From contig JBHLNT010000067.1 of assembly GCA_048941265.1 (NCBI GenBank), positions 1 through 20,690 of the forward strand: DNA of 20,690 bases. Reading direction: 5' to 3'. The notes beneath the pieces are model-generated. The model saw nothing but the letters and a program-made list of their open reading frames with translations, searched no databases and was not told the origin of the DNA. The translations under genes were made by a program, and so were the position numbers. This stretch comes from Promethearchaeota archaeon. GTDB lineage: Archaea; Asgardarchaeota; Lokiarchaeia; Sigyniarchaeales; SOKP01. Below are positions 1-6,686 of this stretch, piece after piece (position 1 is the stretch's first letter; each line of letters begins with the position of its first letter).

Positions 1-468
1 TACAATTGAATCTTTAGATGGATCTTGATATAACACAAGTTTTCCCTTTAAACCTTTCTCCGCAAAGGTTGGAAAATCGAAAGTAATTTCCCTTTTATCT
101 GGCAGCTTTTTTATTTTTAGGTCAAATGTTTCAGTTTGAAACTCAATATCTCCTTGTTCTGAACTTGTAGGAAGGTTCCAGGTACCTTTCGTGAAAAACT
201 TTTGTAGACCTCCCGCATATACTTGTTGTTCCTTATAATCCATCACTTCAAAAGTTACAAGTCCCATATACCCAACATCAGCTACAGTAACACTGAAATT
301 GTAATCAGGATGATTTACAACATAATTATCCCATTCCTTTAGCCGATGCCATTTAGCACGAACTTTTTCTCGATTATACCGTATAATAGGTTTTCTTGCC
401 CATCCATCCTGGATGAGGATACCGTCGTCATCAAACAAATCTGATGATTCAGTAATTTCTTTATTCAT
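1..468 (-). CDS. DUF2804-like protein, 5' part (runs off the window start)
   Basis: Not in the ORF track. Manual translation from ATG at 468 is open to base 1: MNKEITESSDLFDDDGILIQDGWARKPIIRYNREKVRAKWHRLKEWDNY... The GWAR-P..YNRE..RLKEWD pattern recalls DUF2804 N-termini; family call is from memory. Confidence 0.7.
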   Translation of the reverse strand, partial: MNKEITESSDLFDDDGILIQDGWARKPIIRYNREKVRAKWHRLKEWDNYVVNHPDYNFSVTVADVGYMGLVTFEVMDYKEQQVYAGGLQKFFTKGTWNLPTSSEQGDIEFQTETFDLKIKKLPDKREITFDFPTFAEKGLKGKLVLYQDPSKDSIV

Positions 469-636
469 TTAAAATTCTCGTAATATGAATTAAATCTAAT
501 CTATATTATATTTCAACTTTAAGATTATTAAATCTAATTTTATAATAATAGAAGTATGTTATACATAGTTAAAATGTTTCAACTCCATAATAGCAGTAAG
601 AATACTTTTTATTACTAAATGTACTATTAAAATTGG

Positions 637-654
637 CTACCCATAAATGGGTAG
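637..654. promoter_or_regulatory. Palindromic operator, distal copy (CTACCCAT-AA-ATGGGTAG)
   Basis: Perfect 8-bp inverted repeat with a 2-nt spacer. The 17-mer at 638..654 is identical to 862..878. Confidence 0.8.
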
Positions 655-830
655 TTGAAATGAATTATTTTTCATCATCATGATTAAGTAAATAGAGTGA
701 ATCAATCTACCTAATTATGAGAAAATTAAATTTCTTAATTGGATTAAGAATTTTGATTAAAATTATTCATCTTTTTTGTATGGCTAATCTTTCTATTAAA
801 GTTTACTTTTTTTAGTAGTTATTATAAATG

Positions 831-845
831 GTTAAAACTTATATT
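831..845 (+). promoter_or_regulatory. Candidate BRE/TATA promoter of the rib operon
   Basis: TTAAAA-CTTATATT: A-rich BRE-like run followed by a TATA-like box. Its expected start site (about 865-870) falls inside the proximal palindrome. Confidence 0.45.
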
Positions 846-861
846 AGTTGAGAGTAATCTA

Positions 862-877
862 TACCCATAAATGGGTA
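862..877. promoter_or_regulatory. Palindromic operator, proximal copy (TACCCAT-AA-ATGGGTA)
   Basis: Perfect 7-bp inverted repeat lying between the TATA-like box and the ribB RBS (AGGAGA, 901..906). Confidence 0.8.
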
Positions 878-912
878 GATATAAAAAAATATTTATCAAA
901 AGGAGAAATTAC

Positions 913-1638
913 ATGAATGAAAATATGGAAAACGCAATTAAAGAATTATTTCTAGGAAAATTCGTTCTAGTATATGATGTTGATGGTCGAGAAGAAGAAG
1001 TAGATCTTGTGTGTTTAGCAGAGAAAGTAACTCCAAATCATGTTTATCAATTACGTAATGATGCTGGAGGATTAATATGTATAGCTATGCATGCTAAAAT
1101 CGCAGAGAAATTAGGGTTACCTTTCATGTTAGAGATTTATTCAAATGTATTAAGTCAATATTCAATTTTTAACAAAATTTCTCCCAATGTTGCATGTCCC
1201 TATGGGGATAAACCATCATTTTCAGTTACTATTAACCATGTTGATACATATACAGGAATCACTGATAATGATCGTAGTTTAACTATTAGAGAATTTGGAA
1301 TACTTGGATCTCAAATTTATCAAAACAGTTTAAAAAATGAATATCATAGAGATAAATTTGGAGAAAATTTTAGAGCTCCAGGACACACACATCTATTGAT
1401 AGCAAAAAAACAACTATTAAAAGAAAGATTAGGACATACTGAATTAACTGTAACATTGGCATTATTAGGTGGTCTTTCTCCAGTTTCAGTATTATGTGAA
1501 ATGTTGGATGGAACAACTGGTAAGGCACTTTCAATTAAAAAAGCAAGAGAATATGCCAAGAGAAATAATTTAGTGATGGTTGAGGGTAAAGAAATTGTAA
1601 AAGCTTTTGATGAATATCTTATAAAGGTGAAAAATTGA
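913..1638 (+). CDS. ribB: 3,4-dihydroxy-2-butanone 4-phosphate synthase
   Basis: Motifs VYDVDGREEEVD, DAGGLIC, TGITDNDRSLT, FRAPGH, GHTEL and LCEMLD. Start moved from 871 (that ATG is part of the operator) to ATG 913, which follows AGGAGA. Confidence 0.96.
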   Translation: MNENMENAIKELFLGKFVLVYDVDGREEEVDLVCLAEKVTPNHVYQLRNDAGGLICIAMHAKIAEKLGLPFMLEIYSNVLSQYSIFNKISPNVACPYGDKPSFSVTINHVDTYTGITDNDRSLTIREFGILGSQIYQNSLKNEYHRDKFGENFRAPGHTHLLIAKKQLLKERLGHTELTVTLALLGGLSPVSVLCEMLDGTTGKALSIKKAREYAKRNNLVMVEGKEIVKAFDEYLIKVKN

Positions 1639-2108
1639 GCAAAATAAATATTGGTATTGTAGATACAACTTTTGCGCGCATTGATATGGGACACATGGCA
1701 ATAAACGAAATTGAGAATGCAACAAGTAAAGTAAAGATCATTAGATATACTGTTCCAGGCATGAAAGACATACCCGTTGCATGCAAAATTCTTTTTGATC
1801 AACATGAATGTGAAATGTGCTTAGCTCTTGGAATGCCTGGCAAAGATGATAAAGATAAAATATGTGCTCACGAAGCAAACCAAGGTATTATTATGTGCCA
1901 GTTAATGACAGGAAAACATATTATTGAATGCTTTGTACATGAAGATGAAGCAAACACTCCAGATGAATTAATTAAAGTATGTGATAATAGAGTTAGAGAA
2001 CATGCTCAAAATATTTTAAAATTATTATTTGAAAAAGATTGGCTTGAGAAAAATGCGGGAATGGGGTTAAGACAAGGTTATCCCGATGTTGGGCCAATTA
2101 AATCCTAA
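1635..2108 (+). CDS. ribC: Archaeal riboflavin synthase (lumazine-synthase-like fold)
   Basis: Motifs [34 protein letters not shown] and GLRQG. TTG start overlaps the ribB stop, with an AAGGTGA RBS upstream. Confidence 0.96.
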   Translation: MSKINIGIVDTTFARIDMGHMAINEIENATSKVKIIRYTVPGMKDIPVACKILFDQHECEMCLALGMPGKDDKDKICAHEANQGIIMCQLMTGKHIIECFVHEDEANTPDELIKVCDNRVREHAQNILKLLFEKDWLEKNAGMGLRQGYPDVGPIKS

Positions 2109-2122
2109 TAGGGTGTATAAAA

Positions 2123-2554
2123 ATGAGTGAAAATAAAATTAATATTGGACTAGTTGTTGGAGAATTCCATTATGATATTACAGAAAACATGTTAAATAAA
2201 GCTGTAGAACATGCACAGTTTTTAGGATGTAATGTTGTGGAAGTTATTAAGGTGCCTGGTAGCTTTGATATGCCTTTAGCAATAAAAAATCTATTAAAAA
2301 AGGATAATATTGAAGGCGTTGTTTGTTTGGGAGCAGTAATTAAAGGAGATACTGATCATGATCAGATTGTTGCCCAACATGCAGCAAGAAAAATGGTAGA
2401 TTTATCATTAGATTTTAATAAACCTGTCTCTTTAGGTGTTTCAGGACCTGGAATGACTAGAGTTGAAGCGGTTGAGAGAATTGAGGATTTTGCTCGTCGT
2501 TCTGTAGAAAGTGTGGTTAAAATGGTAAGGAGAATACGAGATTCTAATAAATAG
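2123..2554 (+). CDS. ribH: 6,7-dimethyl-8-ribityllumazine synthase
   Basis: Motifs [29 protein letters not shown] and [11 protein letters not shown]. Confidence 0.97.
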   Translation: MSENKINIGLVVGEFHYDITENMLNKAVEHAQFLGCNVVEVIKVPGSFDMPLAIKNLLKKDNIEGVVCLGAVIKGDTDHDQIVAQHAARKMVDLSLDFNKPVSLGVSGPGMTRVEAVERIEDFARRSVESVVKMVRRIRDSNK

Positions 2555-2568
2555 TGAGGTTATTTTTT

Positions 2569-3324
2569 TTGATACAAATAACTTACATTCAAATTGACAA
2601 TTTCGGACCATTTACGGAAGAAATGGGTACTTACAGAGAGCATAAAATTCAAATTCTTCTCTCAGAGGTATTTATTTTCTTACAGAAATACTTTAATCGT
2701 TATGGAGGTCTTGTATTTTCTGCTTCAAAAGATAATATGATCGCTGTTTCAAATGGAATATCCATAAAACATCATCAATTTCTTATTAATAAATTAGAAA
2801 AAAAGTTTCCTATTACAGTCAGTATGGGAATTGGAACAGGAAATACTCCAATAAATGCACAAATTGAAGCATCGGAAGTATTAATTGCCAAAGGAAGTGC
2901 TCAATCTTCAAGAAAAAAAGTTTTAGCATATAATGGTCATAAATTACCAATAAAAAACAAAGTTAAAGTAGCTCATGTTGATATAAATTATTATACGAAA
3001 TTGGCTACAGATGTAAATCCATTCTATAAAAATTACGTTGATTTGAATAGGGGATATTTGACCTTAATGGAAAATTTTCAGAATATTGGTATACTTTGTT
3101 TTTTTAATGGAGGAGATAATTTTATTTGTGTTTGTCCTCTATCAATGGAACCTGATGAATTATTACCAACAATTAGATTATTTGAATTTAAACATAAACC
3201 ATGGAAGTTGAAAGTAGGGATTGGTGTTGGAAAAAATGTTTTAGAAGCAATATCTAAAGCAAATATTTGTTTAAAAGAAATAAGAGAGGGTCATAATTCA
3301 AAACAAATAAAGGTTTTAAATTAA
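2569..3324 (+). CDS. gch3: GTP cyclohydrolase III (IIa), ArfA
   Basis: Motifs IQIDNFGPFT, DNMIAV, GSAQ, AHVDIN, GGDNF and LKVGIG. Likely start is the in-frame TTG at 2569 (MIQIT...), with GTGAGGT (2554..2560) serving as RBS rather than as the start. Confidence 0.92.
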   Translation: MIQITYIQIDNFGPFTEEMGTYREHKIQILLSEVFIFLQKYFNRYGGLVFSASKDNMIAVSNGISIKHHQFLINKLEKKFPITVSMGIGTGNTPINAQIEASEVLIAKGSAQSSRKKVLAYNGHKLPIKNKVKVAHVDINYYTKLATDVNPFYKNYVDLNRGYLTLMENFQNIGILCFFNGGDNFICVCPLSMEPDELLPTIRLFEFKHKPWKLKVGIGVGKNVLEAISKANICLKEIREGHNSKQIKVLN

Positions 3325-3382
3325 CATTTTCTTATGATTCATACTTTTTTTTATTACAGACATTATAAATAATGATTATAAA

Positions 3383-4066
3383 ATGATTAATTTCGTTTTT
3401 ATACCGATTGGAAGTTATGAACAACATGGTCCTCATTTACCTCCTGAAACAGATTATTTGATTGCCAAAAGAATAGCAGAAAAAGTTGCTCCAGCATTTA
3501 AAGGTAAAATTATTGAGGGTATAAAGATCGGTATCTCTTCAGAACATGAAGAATTTATTAATACAAAATCAATTTCTAAGGTAGAATTTGAAAATCAAGT
3601 AAATAAACTTTTAAAAAATTTTTATGAAGAAACGAAGTTTTTTCTTATTAACGCTCATGGGGGAAACAATGATGCTTTATGTTCAATCAAAAGGCAATAT
3701 CAAGATAAACTTTTAGTCTTAAATACATTTTCTATAATTAAAAAAGACTTAATGAAAATAAGAACATCAAATATTGGTGGAATTTGTCATGCTGGAGAGT
3801 TTGAAACATCAATTATGATGTATCTATTTCCAAATAGTGTAAACATGATTGACCTCAAGAAAAGTGATATTAAATATGTTCCTTATCTTGATCCAAATTA
3901 TGAGTTCGAGAAACTAAAAAGATGGAAGACTAAAGATCTAAGTATCAGTGGGATATTAGGTGATCCATTTCACGCTTCAAGAGAAAAAGGAGAAATCTGG
4001 TTTAAATTATTAATTGAAAAAATAATCTCTTTAATTGAAGTATTTATTAATCAATATAAACTTTAA
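3383..4066 (+). CDS. arfB: Creatininase-family amidohydrolase, probably the FAPy deformylase ArfB
   Basis: Motifs GSYEQHGPHLP..TD, NAHGGN and HAGEFETS. It sits directly after gch3, whose product is the ArfB substrate; the specific function is inferred from context. Confidence 0.8.
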   Translation: MINFVFIPIGSYEQHGPHLPPETDYLIAKRIAEKVAPAFKGKIIEGIKIGISSEHEEFINTKSISKVEFENQVNKLLKNFYEETKFFLINAHGGNNDALCSIKRQYQDKLLVLNTFSIIKKDLMKIRTSNIGGICHAGEFETSIMMYLFPNSVNMIDLKKSDIKYVPYLDPNYEFEKLKRWKTKDLSISGILGDPFHASREKGEIWFKLLIEKIISLIEVFINQYKL

Positions 4067-4097
4067 ATGAATTATTTAGAATATTTCTAATTTTTTC

Positions 4098-4244
4098 TTA
4101 GAAAAAAGCATCCATTTTTTTAATACCTTTAATTTCATCAAATAAAATACCAAGGGCATCAAGAACCTGTTCTAAAGCAGATATAAGAAGTTCCTTATAC
4201 TTCTTAGAATCAATGTCTTGAAGTTTTGCGGGCTCGATTGTTTT
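4098..4244 (-). pseudogene. Displaced 3'-terminal fragment of a family B DNA polymerase gene (48 codons plus stop, no start)
   Basis: Translates KTIEPAKLQDIDSKKYKELLISALEQVLDALGILFDEIKGIKKMDAFF*. By hand, 24/38 residues are identical, ungapped, to PolB residues 953-990 (KAKELATLEDVDVKKYRELLQSALEQLMDALNISYDEI). Same strand as polB. Confidence 0.93.
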
Positions 4245-4248
4245 ATGA

Positions 4249-5049
4249 TTAGAATTCTGCTTTAAGTATATCTAGTTCGTTTTTATATTTCTTTACTCTT
4301 AAAGCACAATTTTTAGCGCCCAAATCATGTTTATGCGCACTTATCCATCCCCAGAACCTGGAAAAATCTAACTTTTTGTAATTTATCACTATTTCAGGAT
4401 GCACTTCTAAGGGGCTTAGAAATAAATCACCCCATACTTTCCAAAATACAGTAAATGCAAATTTTTTATATACTAAATTCTTGAAATGGTTAAAACAGTT
4501 TGGAAAAATTGCTTTGTATTGAGTGTCTATCTCAAAAATCACATTCATTATATTCTCTATACGTGGATATCTTTTCCTTATTTCCGAATCAACATCGCTG
4601 CATTTCGTAATATTGGGTATCAGTCCACAGGGAGATTTTCCCATAAACAAAAAATCCACATAAAGGGGATATGCCTTACATACTGAAGGTCGTAAAGAAT
4701 AGATGGAGCATTTTTTCTCTTGTAGATCATAAAAGATACACCATCCTTTTTTTGTTTTGATTTGATAGGTATGCACAAATTCATAGGGAAATGATTTAAG
4801 GAAATATGTTTCATAGGGAATAAATGACGGTTTCGATAGTTTATGGTTTGATTCGATAATCTTTTTTTCATCGTAGTGAACCGTGACCGATGTGGTGGGT
4901 GCTGTAGTGAACTTTCCTTTATAGTCATATTTATACAGTATTCCTTTTTTGTTGGCGTCGGTTATGTTCAACACTTTGCAGCATTTCCCGCACCGCTGGC
5001 AATGGAAAGTATATTCTTTTAAACTTAAAATATCTGGAATGAAGATCAC
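4249..5049 (-). CDS. YkgJ-family (CxxCxxCC) Zn/Fe-chelating cysteine-cluster protein
   Basis: N-terminal FHCQRCGKCC and central CIFYD..KKCSIYSLRPSVCKAYP. GTG start. Confidence 0.85.
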   Translation of the reverse strand: MIFIPDILSLKEYTFHCQRCGKCCKVLNITDANKKGILYKYDYKGKFTTAPTTSVTVHYDEKKIIESNHKLSKPSFIPYETYFLKSFPYEFVHTYQIKTKKGWCIFYDLQEKKCSIYSLRPSVCKAYPLYVDFLFMGKSPCGLIPNITKCSDVDSEIRKRYPRIENIMNVIFEIDTQYKAIFPNCFNHFKNLVYKKFAFTVFWKVWGDLFLSPLEVHPEIVINYKKLDFSRFWGWISAHKHDLGAKNCALRVKKYKNELDILKAEF

Positions 5050-5244
5050 TTGTAAATGAAGATAAAGATTCTAGAAACTTCAAAAAATGTAGTTCATCTT
5101 TATGGATTTAAAAGATAAGAGACCGTTAGTTTATACTCCATTAAGATGTTTTGAAGATTTTAAATAATAATTAGATTTGATAAATATTTATATAAAAGGG
5201 AATTTAGTGTATTTTATAGTTTCTTATATAAAGTATATGTTATA

Positions 5245-6684
5245 ATGACTAGGGAAAAAGAATTGTTTTGTTCTTCAAAAGGAAGGGGATCAGTTTATAA
5301 GTCATGCAATGCTTTAAATAAATTTAATCCCCCCAAAAAACCAGTATATTATTTAACAAGCGGTCTTGCTTTTGATGAGGAAATAATAGTCATTAATGAA
5401 AATAATTTAATTCATAAGGTTAAAATAGGGGATATAGAGGAATCATGGAGCAATTTAAGAATCTTAGTGATTAACAGAGAGGAAATGAATTTTGGACATA
5501 TTTATTTTCAACCAATTAGGAGATTTTCAAAAATATACGCTTCAGATTTGTTTAAAATAAGTCTAGCTGATGGAAGACAAATTATATGTGGTCCAAATCA
5601 AATCTTTCCTAAATTAGTACTACAAATTAACGTTAGAAGATATAATAATCCTGCAAATACGTGGTATATTGAGCATACTTTAGCTCATAATTTAAAAATA
5701 CGAGATAACCTTTTAGTCCTTCATAATATTCCTTTATCTTCAAATCCTCCAAAATGCATTTTTATTCCAAGTTTTCTTTATTGGGAGGACAAATGGATTG
5801 GAATAAAAAGGAATGAGTATGTAAAATTTTCTTATAGAAAAAATCAAAGAACTTCTGATCCTTTAATTAAACTAATTAATTCCAAATTTCAATATTCAAA
5901 GACGGCAAAAATGTATAGGGTAATCTGGGCAAATTTATCTAAAAATGAAAAAGATCTTATTGAAATTGAAGCAAAAAAAGGGCGTGTTGAAATTTTAATA
6001 AAAATTCATGGGAATGTAGGATTTTGGTATAACTCAGTATTCCCTCTAACAAATGACTTCTTTAAATATTTGGGTTGGTATACTGCAGAAGGGTCTTCAG
6101 ATAAAAATAGGATTACAATTACTCAATCAAAAGAACTTAAATTTGATAATTGGCAAGAAATTATTAATCTGCTCGATCAATTGAATTTTCCCTATACAGC
6201 AGATGAAAAAAAGACTATTAGGGTTAATTCAAATGTATTAACTTTGTTGACAATTCATCTATGCTCTACATTAGCCCAAAATAAGAAAATACCATTTGAA
6301 TTATTAACATATGACAGAGCTTACGCTTTTTTAAATTCTTATTACAAGGGTGATGGTGATTTATTACGTACCGGATTAAGGAAATTTACAACTGCTAGTC
6401 AACAATTAAAGAATGATCTAGTAAGTGTTCTAGGAGCAATCGGACAATTTTGCTCCATCCAGCATCCTAATTCATCCGACAATTGTTATCGAATAATCGA
6501 AACTGAAGGAAAACATTATAAAAGGAAATTCATGGGATTACTTCATTTCAACGGGATTACTCCAGTAAAAATTAAGTCAATTGAAAGAATTAGTTATAAT
6601 GATAATATCTTTAATATAATTACAGAAAATGGTTGGTTTGCCTCGACAAACGGAATACTTATTAGTGAAATTTCAAATTGCTGA
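5245..6684 (+). CDS. Free-standing intein-like protein: degenerate Hint domain plus a two-motif LAGLIDADG (DOD) homing endonuclease
   Basis: Block A-like GLAFDEEIIV, block B-like GRQIICGPNQIF, LAGLIDADG motifs YLGWYTAEG and FLNSYYKGDG, block D NKKIP, block H-like FTTASQQLKNDLVSVLGAIG, and blocks F/G VKIKSIERI..IFNI..NGILISEISNC*. No real exteins. Confidence 0.9.
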   Translation: MTREKELFCSSKGRGSVYKSCNALNKFNPPKKPVYYLTSGLAFDEEIIVINENNLIHKVKIGDIEESWSNLRILVINREEMNFGHIYFQPIRRFSKIYASDLFKISLADGRQIICGPNQIFPKLVLQINVRRYNNPANTWYIEHTLAHNLKIRDNLLVLHNIPLSSNPPKCIFIPSFLYWEDKWIGIKRNEYVKFSYRKNQRTSDPLIKLINSKFQYSKTAKMYRVIWANLSKNEKDLIEIEAKKGRVEILIKIHGNVGFWYNSVFPLTNDFFKYLGWYTAEGSSDKNRITITQSKELKFDNWQEIINLLDQLNFPYTADEKKTIRVNSNVLTLLTIHLCSTLAQNKKIPFELLTYDRAYAFLNSYYKGDGDLLRTGLRKFTTASQQLKNDLVSVLGAIGQFCSIQHPNSSDNCYRIIETEGKHYKRKFMGLLHFNGITPVKIKSIERISYNDNIFNIITENGWFASTNGILISEISNC

Positions 6685-6686
6685 AT

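Noticed and set aside
489-538. Direct repeat ATTAAATCTAAT at 489 and 527
   Set aside because: Only two AT-rich copies in very AT-rich DNA; may be chance, and not CRISPR-like.
871-912. N-terminal extension of ribB given in the ORF track
   Set aside because: The ATG at 871 is part of the palindromic operator, and the AGGAGA RBS points to ATG 913.
469-912. Possible FMN riboswitch or structured ncRNA in the long rib leader
   Set aside because: No GC-rich RFN consensus or stable stems; the palindromes have 2-nt spacers, which fits DNA operators.
1344-1805. 153-aa antisense ORF
   Set aside because: Shadow of ribB/ribC with no recognisable motifs.
4245-4274. +1 frameshift fusion of the YkgJ protein to the orphan PolB tail
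   Set aside because: The frames overlap for only about 8 codons with no convincing shift signal; adjacency at an insertion boundary is simpler.
4486-4928. 66-aa (+) and 102-aa (-) ORFs
   Set aside because: Both are nested in the YkgJ-type gene and lack motifs.
5245-6684. A conventional intein belonging to polB
   Set aside because: It is on the opposite strand, outside the polB ORF, and the polB motifs A, B and C are uninterrupted.
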